Shown here: positions 37,690 to 46,676 of the stretch, piece by piece | Position numbering within the stretch: position 1 is the first letter of the stretch | How the letters are laid out: each line of letters begins with the position of its first letter | Virus record (IMG/VR): IMGVR_UViG_3300025519_000053 | Span: 1 to 46,676 of that record | Reading direction: 5' to 3' (one strand) | DNA from: a virus | Lineage: Duplodnaviria; Caudoviricetes | DNA length: 46,676 bases | Notes under the pieces: model-generated | Told to the model about the DNA's origin: nothing | Database searches by the model: none | What the model saw: only the letters and a program-made list of their open reading frames with translations | Made by a program: the position numbers and the translations under genes

Positions 37690-39696
37690 ATGGCTGATTC
37701 AACTACTACTGTAAAAATTGAAAATCTTATTCAGGATAATATGATGAACTTCTCAGCATATGTTCTCCTTGATAGAGCTTTGCCAGATTTGAGAGATGGA
37801 TTAAAACCAGCTCACAGAAGAATTTTATGGGCAATGAATCAAATGAATGCAACTAAATTTACAAAAAGTGCAAATGTTGAAGGTGAAGTTTTTAAGTATC
37901 ACCCTCATGGTTCAACTTATGGGACAATAGTTGGAATGGTTCAAAAAGATAGACATTCTCATCCATGGTTGGTAGGTAAAGGAAACTTTGGTAATTATAC
38001 ATCAAGGGACTTGGCTCCAGCAGCTAGTCGATATTCTGAAGTTAAACTTTCTGACATATCGATTGATATGATGAAAGATTTTGATAAGAATATTGTAGAT
38101 TTTGTTGATAATTATGATGGAACATTAAAAATTCCAGAAGTTCTTCCAGTGAAATTCCCAACAATATTGACTTATGCTCAATCTGGAATTGGTGTTGGGT
38201 TTAGTTCTTCCACTCCATCATTTAACTTGATTGAACTTTGTGATTCAATAATAAAATATTTAAAAACAAACAAGAAAACTACTCTTGTTCCAGATTTTGC
38301 AACTGGAGGTTTCATCATAAAAGAACCTGAAGTTTTTAAACAGATAAATTTAGAAGGAATTGGAACAGTAAAGATTCGAGGAAAGGCTGAAATTAAAGGA
38401 AATGAAATTTTAATAACTCAAATTCCATATTCAACAACACGAGAAGCTATTATAGACAAAATTGTTGACCTTGCTAAAAATGGAAAACTTAAAGAAGTAA
38501 CTGATGTTAAAGACTTAACTGGTCTTAAAGGAATGCTTATTACAGTTATAGCAAGACGAGGAACAGACATGAATTTGCTTTTAGAAAAACTTTATCGATT
38601 TACACCTTTACAATCAACATACAGTTCCAATATGAATATTCTAGTTGACAATCTCCCTAAAGTATTAGGGGTCTGGAGCATCATTGAAAAATGGCTTGAA
38701 TGGAGAAGAAACTGTCTTCAAAGAAGTTTATCATATGACATTAAAAGAATGAGTGAAAAACTCCATATTCTTCGTGGACTAGAAAAAGTTCTTCTTGATA
38801 TTGATAAAGCAATTGACATTATCAGAAAGTCTAAAGAAGAAATGATCGAGAAAAATTTGCAATCTTATTTCAGTATTGACGAAGCACAAGCAAAAGAAGT
38901 GTCCAATATGAAGCTTCGAAATATCAATAAAGATTATATCATTAAGAAAATTAAAGATATTGACAATCTTGAAAAGAAAATTGAAGATTATAAAGATATA
39001 GTCAAAAATGAGAAAAGACTTAATAATCTAATAATTAATGATTTAGAAGAAATTAAAGAGAAATATGGAATACCAAGACAAACAAAAATAATTGAACTCA
39101 CAAATGTAAAGCCAATTAGACTTGATCAAGAAGAAGTTCCAGACTATCCAGTAAAGGTATATTTGACTAAAGAAGGATATGTTTATAAATTTAAAAATTT
39201 TGATCAAGAGCCATCTTTGAAACCTGGAGATAAGATCATTCAAATTTTTGAAGCTACTAATAGGTCAGAAATTATCATGATAACTGATGCTTGTATGTCA
39301 TACAAAATTGAATTGAGTAAGATTAAAGATACAAAGAATAATTCTCTAGGGACTTATTTGATGAATATCTTTGAAATTGAAAATGAAAATGTTGTTAATT
39401 ATACTATATATGATGATAAGAGAAAATTCTTGATTATTGCTTATAGGAATAATCGAATTGCTAAAGTCGATATCGAAGCTTTCTCTGGTAAGAGAAAAGT
39501 CTTAAAATATGGTTATAAAAAGAGTCAAGAAGTTGTTGATATGATTACTCTTGGCAAAGAAGCAAAGTTGAGACTAAAAACAACTAAAACAACAGTAGAA
39601 GTCAATACAAAAGATTTGTCTACAGTTAGAAGTCGATTGACACCTGGAACTTATGCTACAAGAAAAGGAAAGCTTGAAAAAGTAGAAGTGGTCTAA
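37690..39696 (+). CDS. gyrA: Type IIA topoisomerase A subunit (GyrA/ParC-like)
   Basis: RALPDLRDGLKPAHRRIL, YHPHG and catalytic AASRY; shortened C-terminal domain. Confidence 0.95.
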   Translation: MADSTTTVKIENLIQDNMMNFSAYVLLDRALPDLRDGLKPAHRRILWAMNQMNATKFTKSANVEGEVFKYHPHGSTYGTIVGMVQKDRHSHPWLVGKGNFGNYTSRDLAPAASRYSEVKLSDISIDMMKDFDKNIVDFVDNYDGTLKIPEVLPVKFPTILTYAQSGIGVGFSSSTPSFNLIELCDSIIKYLKTNKKTTLVPDFATGGFIIKEPEVFKQINLEGIGTVKIRGKAEIKGNEILITQIPYSTTREAIIDKIVDLAKNGKLKEVTDVKDLTGLKGMLITVIARRGTDMNLLLEKLYRFTPLQSTYSSNMNILVDNLPKVLGVWSIIEKWLEWRRNCLQRSLSYDIKRMSEKLHILRGLEKVLLDIDKAIDIIRKSKEEMIEKNLQSYFSIDEAQAKEVSNMKLRNINKDYIIKKIKDIDNLEKKIEDYKDIVKNEKRLNNLIINDLEEIKEKYGIPRQTKIIELTNVKPIRLDQEEVPDYPVKVYLTKEGYVYKFKNFDQEPSLKPGDKIIQIFEATNRSEIIMITDACMSYKIELSKIKDTKNNSLGTYLMNIFEIENENVVNYTIYDDKRKFLIIAYRNNRIAKVDIEAFSGKRKVLKYGYKKSQEVVDMITLGKEAKLRLKTTKTTVEVNTKDLSTVRSRLTPGTYATRKGKLEKVEVV

Positions 39697-39888
39697 TTTT
39701 AAGCCACTTCTTTTTCTATATTGTTTATTAGCATTTTATTAGACTATGTCATCAATAATAAAAAAATCTAAAAAAATATCTGAAAATTGAAAATAATTGT
39801 GTACAACCAAAAAGATATTTGATATAATAATTATAGAAAGATATAAATAAATAAAACTACTAAGAAAAAAGAAACGGAGGAATTTAAA

Positions 39889-40086
39889 GTGACTCATGAA
39901 GCCCATATGCTCCTTCTGAGAGCCCAAAAAGCAAGGACCTTATATAACACTGGTAAAATCAGTAGAAAGCAAGCAAAAGAAGAAATTGATCCTTATATAA
40001 ATTTGTTCAATAAGAAATCAAAGGAAATTGCAAAAAAATATAACCTAAAGCCAAAGTTAATCACTTTTTCATCATTTGTAAGATGA
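39889..40086 (+). CDS. Small basic hypothetical protein
   Basis: GGAGG RBS, downstream of TGTACA-N17-TATAAT (39800-39828). Confidence 0.7.
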   Translation: MTHEAHMLLLRAQKARTLYNTGKISRKQAKEEIDPYINLFNKKSKEIAKKYNLKPKLITFSSFVR

Positions 40087-40179
40087 AGATTGAATAGAAA
40101 ATAAAACTATTGAAGAATAGTCTAATAAAAGAATTTTGAAGATTTTGATGATTCTGAGATTTTCTAGGAGGTATTTTAA

Positions 40180-40824
40180 GTGGAAAATAGTCATTTTCAG
40201 GTAGCAAAAGAAGAGTTAAATTTTTATGGTCCAGATGGAACTTCATTACAAAACATATTGGCGATACTAATTGGTCCTAAAGCAAACCCAGAAACAACTG
40301 GTAAATTAGCAAGTCTTGGAATTAGCAGACTAGTAGATATGAGTATTGATGAGCTTAAAAAATTTGAAGGGATCGGTGAAGTTTCAGCTAGAAGAATTGT
40401 TTCTTCATTTGGGTTAGCAAACTATATAAGAAAGTTTAAGAAGGAAAATAATTATATTGTAAGAAGCCCAGAAGATGCAGCCAAATATTTCGAAGATTTA
40501 TCTTTGAAAAATCAAGAACATTTTGAAGCGATCTATTTAAATACAAAAAATGTTATCATTTCAAGAAAGATGATTTTCAAAGGATCTTTGAATGCTAGCA
40601 TTGCTCATCCAAGAGAAGTTTTTAAAGAAGGACTTCGATTAAACTCAGCCTCAGTTATTGTCTGCCATAATCATCCTTCTGGGGATCCTTCTCCTAGCAA
40701 AGAAGATATTGAAGTAACTAAAAGACTTTCAGAAGCTGGAAAAATGATTGGGATTGAATTACTCGATCATATTATAATCGGTCAAGGAAAACATGTTTCT
40801 TTGAAACAAAAAGGTTACGTTTGA
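40180..40824 (+). CDS. radC: RadC-family JAB-domain protein
   Basis: HhH GIGEV, HPREVFK, HNHPSGDPSPSKED, LLDHIIIG. Confidence 0.95.
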   Translation: MENSHFQVAKEELNFYGPDGTSLQNILAILIGPKANPETTGKLASLGISRLVDMSIDELKKFEGIGEVSARRIVSSFGLANYIRKFKKENNYIVRSPEDAAKYFEDLSLKNQEHFEAIYLNTKNVIISRKMIFKGSLNASIAHPREVFKEGLRLNSASVIVCHNHPSGDPSPSKEDIEVTKRLSEAGKMIGIELLDHIIIGQGKHVSLKQKGYV

Positions 40825-40885
40825 GTCTCTTCAAGACCCAAACGTAACCAGACTAAAAATTATTTCCTAAGGAGAATATACCAAA

Positions 40886-41104
40886 ATGGGGAAAATTTAT
40901 CAACTACCTAGCCAAAAAAATTTGTCACTTCGTCAAAAGATTGGTATCTTAATTTTAATGTCATTAGAAGTCCTATCTACGATTTATTGGGAAGTAAATG
41001 AATACTTTGGAATTGATGGTCATGTTAGTGATCGTATATGGTTCTATGGATTTTATTCATTTTGTGGTTTGGTGACATTATTTTGTTGGTTGATAACTCA
41101 TTAA
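40886..41104 (+). CDS. Small membrane protein
   Basis: Two hydrophobic segments and AAGGAG RBS. Confidence 0.65.
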   Translation: MGKIYQLPSQKNLSLRQKIGILILMSLEVLSTIYWEVNEYFGIDGHVSDRIWFYGFYSFCGLVTLFCWLITH

Positions 41105-41164
41105 AAGTAAATAATGACAATGATGGATATATCATTAAATCATTTATCATATAGGAGGTTAATT

Positions 41165-42040
41165 ATGATGACTGTATTTTTGGGGATTGTTTGGTTTGTA
41201 GGTGGAATTGCCTATCTTGTGAAGTCTATTATTTCATCATATAAAAAAGATGGAAAAGGGAAGAAAAATCTGAAAACTGCTATTGGACTTCTTGTTTTGT
41301 CTATTATGGCAGCTGTTGTTTATCAAGATGAAAAAGAAGAAGCAACTCAGGCTTCTTCTGATAAACCTGCTGTAAGCCAAGAGCAACAACATAAGACTGA
41401 GAAAAAAGAATCCAAAGAAGTCAAAAAAGAAGTTAAAGAAGTTAAAAAACCAGCCGAAAAACAGCTTTCAACAACTTCTGAAACTATGTCCAAAATTAAA
41501 GTTGGAATGACTGTAGAAGACTTTCAAGATGCGTTATCAAAAGATGTAAATATCAAACCTGATTTTATTCCTAATGATCTTCGACTTAAAGGACGATTTT
41601 ACAAAACGAAAGATGGATATATTTTTGTAAGTTATGATGGGGAAAATGTTACAGAAGTAAAACCTTTCAAAACTTTAGATGAAGGTAAAAAATATACTGA
41701 TAATAAATCAGCTGAACTTGATGCTAAAGAACAAGCTTCTAAACCAAAATTAACTTTGTCTAAAGAAAATGCAATTGCAAAAGCAAAAGCTTATATTAAC
41801 TACGCAGCATTTTCTCGAAAAGGTCTTATTGATCAATTAAAGTTTGATAAATTTAGTGACGAAGATGCAACATATGCAGTTGATCATATTGAAGTTGATT
41901 GGAATGAACAAGCATTAAGAAAGGCTAAAGCTTATATGGATTATACTTCGTTCTCAAGGAGTGGATTGATTGAACAACTTGAATTTGATGGATTTACTTC
42001 AGAACAAGCAGCATATGCTGCAAATAAAATTGGATTGTAA
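41165..42040 (+). CDS. Ltp-family surface protein (superinfection-exclusion-like)
   Basis: N-terminal TM helices and two C-terminal Ltp repeats (AKAY...FSRKGLIDQL / FSRSGLIEQL). Start set after AGGAGG. Confidence 0.85.
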   Translation: MMTVFLGIVWFVGGIAYLVKSIISSYKKDGKGKKNLKTAIGLLVLSIMAAVVYQDEKEEATQASSDKPAVSQEQQHKTEKKESKEVKKEVKEVKKPAEKQLSTTSETMSKIKVGMTVEDFQDALSKDVNIKPDFIPNDLRLKGRFYKTKDGYIFVSYDGENVTEVKPFKTLDEGKKYTDNKSAELDAKEQASKPKLTLSKENAIAKAKAYINYAAFSRKGLIDQLKFDKFSDEDATYAVDHIEVDWNEQALRKAKAYMDYTSFSRSGLIEQLEFDGFTSEQAAYAANKIGL

Positions 42041-42066
42041 TTAAATTGTGAAAGGATGAATAAAAA

Positions 42067-42447
42067 ATGAAAGAAATTAAGTTTCGAGGAAAAAGAGTTG
42101 AAGATAATGAATGGATATTCGGATATTATGTTTTAACACATGATAGTCATAGAATAATTTATGAGGACTATGAAGGGCTTTATTACGAAGAGGAAGTTAT
42201 TCCGGAATCAGTTGGACAATATACAGGGCTCATAGATAAGAAATACAGAGAGATTTATGAAGGGGATCTTGTTAAAGTAGAATGGCGCTATGTCTCTGAT
42301 ATTGGCACAGTTAAATATATTAGAAGTGGATTTTTTGTGAGTGGTATGAAACGGCCTATGTCTATTCCTTTAGGCAGTATTTCAGCAACTTGCGAAATAA
42401 TCGGAAACATATACGAAAATCTGGAACTATTGGAGGAATCTAAATGA
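42067..42447 (+). CDS. YopX-family protein
   Basis: MKEIKFRG, GQYTGL.D..REIYEGD, IGNIYENLELL. Confidence 0.9.
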   Translation: MKEIKFRGKRVEDNEWIFGYYVLTHDSHRIIYEDYEGLYYEEEVIPESVGQYTGLIDKKYREIYEGDLVKVEWRYVSDIGTVKYIRSGFFVSGMKRPMSIPLGSISATCEIIGNIYENLELLEESK

Positions 42448-42845
42448 GAGAGATAAAGTTTCGTTTTTGGAATAGGGAAGAAAATCAAATGATCAGCGGA
42501 GATACGTTGGCTTTTGAAGAATATGCGCCACTCTGCCACTTGCTTAGTCAGGAAGGGATAATGCAATACACAGGCTTAAAAGATAAGAACGGTCGCGAAA
42601 TTTATGAAGGTGACATAATCGTCGACGGAAGTGCACCTGGACCTGAATACGGAATCGGCGGTTACATGTTTACAAAATATGAAGTGAAAATGGTAAATGG
42701 TTGTTTCGTAGTAGAATGCATCCCTGATTGCGTGAACGATCACATTTTCGGTAGCTACCATTTGCTGTACGAAGTTATAACTGATGGATTTGCCGAAGTG
42801 GTTGGAAACATTTATGAAAATCTGGAACTGTTGAAGGAAAAATGA
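42444..42845 (+). CDS. YopX-family protein
   Basis: MREIKFR, MQYTGLKDKNGREIYEGD, VGNIYENLELL. Confidence 0.9.
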   Translation: MREIKFRFWNREENQMISGDTLAFEEYAPLCHLLSQEGIMQYTGLKDKNGREIYEGDIIVDGSAPGPEYGIGGYMFTKYEVKMVNGCFVVECIPDCVNDHIFGSYHLLYEVITDGFAEVVGNIYENLELLKEK

Positions 42846-43160
42846 ATGCTTGAAACGCATATCAGAAGCTTATCTGAAGCAGACATGTTTTTGTTATAAA
42901 CTTGTATGAAGAAAATAAAATCAAGGCTCATTTGGCGTGGTAAAGGCTGATTATCTATATTTTACAATAAGAAGAGTGCCAGTTAAAGAATTAAACAAAC
43001 AAACGCTCATTGAAATAGACTTGATGAAAATGTAAAAGCATGAAATCTAGGTAACTAATTAAAGTCACATTGTCGTGGATTGGATATGGAAAGCAAATTA
43101 TTACTTTTCATGCTTGAAACTATTAAGTGAGGTGAATAAAAATCATAAAAAAATTTTAAA

Positions 43161-43196
43161 AAATGTATTTACATGTAAATACATTTATGATATAAT
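43161..43196 (+). promoter_or_regulatory. SigA promoter overlapped by a perfect 26-bp palindrome
   Basis: AAATGTATTTACA TGTAAATACATTT; TTTACA-N17-TATAAT with extended TG. Confidence 0.75.
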
Positions 43197-43255
43197 TAAA
43201 TTATAAAGAGAAATAGAAATGAATTTTATCAATTAATTTTTAGGAGATGGCACAT

Positions 43256-43498
43256 ATGAAAGCAGTAAATGAAATGGATATTATTCTTGGAAACGTTAAA
43301 TGGAACAAGATGTTTGAAAGTGAAGCAGAATTAATTGAAAGGATGAGAGGTATAGATATAAACAAATACAAAAGAGATTGAAGAAAGGGTTATAAGTACA
43401 TCGAAGGATTTCAAAAAACGAAGGAGTTAAGTAAAGGTCAGCTAACTCAACTTAAAAGGTTAGCAAAAGAAATTTACAGGTATCATAAAGGATTTTAA
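43256..43498 (+). pseudogene. 80-codon hypothetical gene interrupted by TGA at 43379
   Basis: AGGAG RBS; the frame continues RKGYKYIEGF...TQLKRLAKEIY after the single stop. Confidence 0.6.
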
Positions 43499-43522
43499 AA
43501 AAATATTAGGAGGAATCTAAAA

Positions 43523-43672
43523 ATGAAAAAATGGGAAGTACATGCAATAACAAATGGAGAACAAATACGCCTGTCTGTTTCAGCGAGGACGAAAGGCAGA
43601 GCTATTTTTGAGGTGCTGTCAGAATATCCTGATCTGATCATAGACAGAGTAGACAGACTCCCTCAATATTAA
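43523..43672 (+). CDS. Small hypothetical protein (49 aa)
   Basis: AGGAGG RBS; MKKWEVHAITNGEQIRLSV... Confidence 0.6.
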   Translation: MKKWEVHAITNGEQIRLSVSARTKGRAIFEVLSEYPDLIIDRVDRLPQY

Positions 43673-43727
43673 GCGGCCACGTGCCACTTATTTTTTTTAA
43701 AAACCACTTGAAAAAATTTTAAAAACA

Positions 43728-43758
43728 TATTTACACGTAAATACATCAGTGCTATAAT
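43728..43758 (+). promoter_or_regulatory. SigA promoter with a related palindrome
   Basis: TATTTAC AC GTAAATA; TTTACA-N17-TATAAT. Confidence 0.7.
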
Positions 43759-43787
43759 TAAGTTCATAATGAAAGGGGAAAGGAAAA

Positions 43788-44171
43788 ATGAAAACAACTC
43801 GGACGTTTCGAATTGACGTAGATCTAGCTGAAAGGTTTAACAGAATCACTGATGTACTTATGGTTAATGGAAGTGAAGTTATTCGAAAATTAATGGAAGA
43901 ATATGTGGAAGAAAAAGAAGAGGAATTGAAAGTAAAAGTTGAAAAAATTATCGAAATGAGAGACAACTTTCCAAATAATGAGGAGGCTTACACCGTTGGA
44001 AAAGCTGAAAATGGAAAATACTTTTTTGCTTGGGGATCAGAAATTCCTTACAAGGAAAAGGTACCGAGCTATGGAATTGAAGATGGGGAGAATGGAATAA
44101 GTTGGCACGACACTGAGAAGAAAGCTATTCTGGAAATGAAAGAAGCTGTAAAGACTTGGAATTCAAAATAA
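43788..44171 (+). CDS. Ribbon-helix-helix protein with a C-terminal extension
   Basis: TRTFRIDVDLAERF...SEVIRKLMEEYV RHH pattern. Confidence 0.75.
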   Translation: MKTTRTFRIDVDLAERFNRITDVLMVNGSEVIRKLMEEYVEEKEEELKVKVEKIIEMRDNFPNNEEAYTVGKAENGKYFFAWGSEIPYKEKVPSYGIEDGENGISWHDTEKKAILEMKEAVKTWNSK

Positions 44172-44259
44172 ATAGTATATAATATAAAATGAAAACGGTT
44201 CAAGTAAGGCATTTATGCCATTATAATACCATAAATTACTATATATAGGAGGAATTAGA

Positions 44260-44856
44260 ATGAGTAAAGAAGTAAAAACTAAAAAACCGATTTATAAGAA
44301 ATGGTGGTTCTGGGTTATTGCTGTATTTATTGTTGCTGGAGCAATAGCCTCAAATGGAGGAAATGACGATTCTGCTGCAAAAGATTCTGGCGATAATAAG
44401 AGTTCTGTTTCCTCACCTAAAGCTGAGAAGAAAGAATATAAGATTGGTGACACCGTTAAAGTTGGTGATATGCAATATAAGGTTACAAAAACCTCAGCTT
44501 CTAAAAAAGTTGGTCCATCAGCATTACAGGAAACAGCAAATGGTACATTCTTAGTCATAGATTTAGATATAAAAAATAATGGAGATGAATCTGTAACGGT
44601 CGACTCGAGCTTTTTCAACCTGAAACTTGGATCCAAAACATATAAAGCTGATGCTGATGCAAGTATGTCAGCAAACCAAAAAGAAGACGGTTCTATTGAT
44701 AACAGCTTTTTCTTACAAGATTTAAACCCAGGATCTGAAATGAGTGGAAAAGTTGTTTTTGATGTATCAGAAGATGTTGCTAATTCTTCTGGTTTAAAAC
44801 TTCAAGTTCAGACAGGAACCTTTGGTACAGAAGCAGAAAACATCAATTTGAGATAA
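44260..44856 (+). CDS. DUF4352-domain membrane-anchored protein
   Basis: KKPIYKKWWFW anchor, YKIGDTVKVG, LNPG...GKVVFDV. Confidence 0.85.
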   Translation: MSKEVKTKKPIYKKWWFWVIAVFIVAGAIASNGGNDDSAAKDSGDNKSSVSSPKAEKKEYKIGDTVKVGDMQYKVTKTSASKKVGPSALQETANGTFLVIDLDIKNNGDESVTVDSSFFNLKLGSKTYKADADASMSANQKEDGSIDNSFFLQDLNPGSEMSGKVVFDVSEDVANSSGLKLQVQTGTFGTEAENINLR

Positions 44857-44946
44857 GTATTTTCCTCCTCGATTATGAGGAGGATTTTTATAGATAAAAT
44901 AGATCAGGTCTTTACCTACTATATTTTTGTATAAGGAGGACTAAAT

Positions 44947-45381
44947 ATGAAATATAAAAATGTTGCTGCTTATCTTAAAAAATTCCATAATGCCAAGGCT
45001 GTTATGGAATACACTGAGTTAGTAGACGGGATGACAATGGTGTGGGTAGAATTCACAGTGCTATTAGAGAACCTAGAATTAGTTAAGTATGAAACAACAG
45101 CAATAGAAATAGAAGCTGCTTTGTACGGTCCAAATAGAAACATAATTGATGATAACGAAAGAAATTTTTCCGTGATGAAATACCAGCGTGAACATCCTTA
45201 CGCAATGCGTAACCTAGTAAAAAACATGGAATTTGAAAAAATAAGAGATAAAGTAAAAATGATGTCTGTATACCGTGAATTTGCCGAACGGTTTGAGAAT
45301 AAAGGACCAGATACTGCAAAAGAAATTAAAAAGAAAATTGAAGAGCTGGAAGATGCTTTATCTAAAAAATTAGAGCACTAA
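44947..45381 (+). CDS. Hypothetical protein
   Basis: 144 aa ORF with AAGGAGG RBS. Confidence 0.75.
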   Translation: MKYKNVAAYLKKFHNAKAVMEYTELVDGMTMVWVEFTVLLENLELVKYETTAIEIEAALYGPNRNIIDDNERNFSVMKYQREHPYAMRNLVKNMEFEKIRDKVKMMSVYREFAERFENKGPDTAKEIKKKIEELEDALSKKLEH

Positions 45382-45400
45382 ATCATAAATAATTAGGGAA

Positions 45401-45754
45401 GTGAAATTCATGAATAAAGCTAATGAATCAGCAATCAAAAAAGTGAGAGATTGGCTTGAAATGGAAGGAAAATCCATTCAAGATCTTGCTGAGGAAGTAG
45501 GGATCAGTAAATCTTTAATGGAACATATTTTAACAGGAAAACGGCAATTTCTTCCAAACAGAATGGCTCAAGTCGCAAAAGTAATTGGGGTTACCGTTGA
45601 AGAATTGTTAGCTGAAGATCGTTCAGAAAAACCTTATGAGCTTTCTTTGCACGGGAAAGCCAATTCGAGGGATGTTAAACGACAGATGGAAAATATGTTA
45701 TTTGCAATTGAAGATTGTTTACGGATTGAGGAGATCAATCGTTCTGCTGGGTGA
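45401..45754 (+). CDS. XRE-family HTH regulator
   Basis: SIQDLAEEVGISKSLMEHILTGKR; the start may be ATG 45410. Confidence 0.85.
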   Translation: MKFMNKANESAIKKVRDWLEMEGKSIQDLAEEVGISKSLMEHILTGKRQFLPNRMAQVAKVIGVTVEELLAEDRSEKPYELSLHGKANSRDVKRQMENMLFAIEDCLRIEEINRSAG

Positions 45755-45777
45755 ATATTTATATATTTAAAAAAAAT

Positions 45778-45808
45778 AAGAGACCCCCGCAAATGCGAGG
45801 GCTTTTTT
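45778..45808. terminator. Terminator between convergent genes
   Basis: GC-rich hairpin CCCCGCAAATGCGAGGG with an upstream A tract and downstream T tract. Confidence 0.65.
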
Positions 45809-45847
45809 GCTATTCATGGTATATCTTTATTATTTTTGTCTACATCT

Positions 45848-46675
45848 TTATTTTACTCGCAATTTCTGTCCTACTCTAATAAGGTTAGGGTTTTTGATAC
45901 CGTTTAGGCTTGCTAGCCGGCTGACGGACGTCCCATATTTTGCCGCAATGCCGGACAGTGTATCTCCAGCCCTAACTGTGTAATACTGCTTTGCAGTGGC
46001 GATGCCGGAGATTTTTAGCTTTTGCCCCGCATAAATTTTATTCGGGTTGCTGATGCCGTTTAATTTTTGCAGGGTTGCGACGCTTGTGCCGTATTTTGCC
46101 GCAATGCCCGACAGCGTATCTCCGCGTTTAACCGTGTATGTTTTAACCGTTGTGCTGGCTGACTTGGCCGCCGAACTGGATGTTGTCAGCTTACTGCTTG
46201 TGGTGTTCACTTTTGCCGGCTTGACACCGGATTTTAATTTGCTGAGAAGTGCCAAGTTTTGCGCTGCCGTGCCACTGTAATTCGTAATGCCGTACTGTGC
46301 CGCCAACTTAGCACGAGCACTGAATGTTGCACTCTTGCCCTTGGATTTTAGGTAATCGACCAGGCTTAAGGATCCTATTTTTTTGACCACGCCTGTGCTG
46401 GTTGCGTTGTCGACTTTAGCAACGTTTGTGTACTTACCGGCATAGTCCTGGCTCACGTCAAAGTAGCCGGGAATCCCAGCAAACTTGTATGTGCTGGACC
46501 ATTGCCAAGCCCCTTTTTGTCCATTGTACCAGACTGGTGTCGGCTGTCCGGTTTCCGGATAAAGTGGGTACCTGGCAAGCCAAGGTTTATCTACTGCTAA
46601 TTGACCTGGTTTTAAGTACGTATTATAAAATGAGCTACCGGTATACAAATCTACCTTTGAATAGCCTAAAGATTT
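45848..46675 (-). CDS. Endolysin: GH25 lysozyme C-terminus plus two LysM domains (5' end outside window)
   Basis: WLARYP and AWQWSST GH25 motifs; two [20 protein letters not shown] LysM repeats. The frame stays open to the window edge. Confidence 0.9.
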   Translation of the reverse strand, partial: KSLGYSKVDLYTGSSFYNTYLKPGQLAVDKPWLARYPLYPETGQPTPVWYNGQKGAWQWSSTYKFAGIPGYFDVSQDYAGKYTNVAKVDNATSTGVVKKIGSLSLVDYLKSKGKSATFSARAKLAAQYGITNYSGTAAQNLALLSKLKSGVKPAKVNTTSSKLTTSSSAAKSASTTVKTYTVKRGDTLSGIAAKYGTSVATLQKLNGISNPNKIYAGQKLKISGIATAKQYYTVRAGDTLSGIAAKYGTSVSRLASLNGIKNPNLIRVGQKLRVK

Positions 46676-46676
46676 C

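Larger units (their letters stand above)
1..46676. mobile_element. Segment of a large SPbeta-like phage or phage-plasmid (replication, nucleotide metabolism, partition, lysin)
   Basis: SPbeta yorG-yorL-like order (AAA ATPase, Zn-finger, helicase, primase, RecJ, DnaE), YopX genes, Ltp and lysin, plus RepA_N and ParM-like genes. No host housekeeping context is visible. Confidence 0.85.

Noticed and set aside
28369-43498. UGA stop-codon reassignment suggested by in-frame TGAs at 28405 and 43379
   Set aside because: Many intact genes end in TGA, long core genes have none internally, and the two sites imply different residues (Gly versus probably Trp).
1092-46280. Short antisense or overlapping ORFs in the track (e.g. 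1092-1394, 23225-23662, 28296-28532, 30620-30892, 44292-44636)
   Set aside because: They shadow well-supported genes or promoters and lack RBSs and motifs.
1-46676. CRISPR arrays, tRNA or rRNA genes, IS elements
   Set aside because: No repeat-spacer array, cloverleaf or transposase was recognised by eye; tRNAscan and CRISPR finders were not run.

Overview
AT-rich replication and nucleotide-metabolism arm of a large Bacillaceae-type (SPbeta-like) temperate phage that also carries plasmid functions, so probably a phage-plasmid. Almost all genes are on the + strand. The core comprises an AAA ATPase, class I ribonucleotide reductase (nrdA-nrdB-flavodoxin), helicase, primase, RecJ, DnaE, RusA, a phage sigma factor, an actin-like ParM/adaptor pair, a RepA_N initiator with internal iterons and a likely antisense RNA, a two-subunit type IIA topoisomerase, RadC, Ltp/DUF4352 surface proteins and a truncated GH25-LysM lysin on the - strand. 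The most striking part is a candidate DNA pyrimidine-hypermodification system (about 15-26 kb). It combines a T4 alpha-glucosyltransferase-like enzyme, a ThyX homolog with Cys in place of the motif Ser, a minimal thymidylate-synthase-fold protein, a dNMP kinase and several nucleotide-pool enzymes. The glucosyltransferase appears to need a prfB-like +1 frameshift at GAGGU-UAU-CCC-UAG. A TTTACR-N12-YAGATATA element precedes about 16 transcription units, including the sigma gene. All family calls come from motif recognition by eye; no searches were run.
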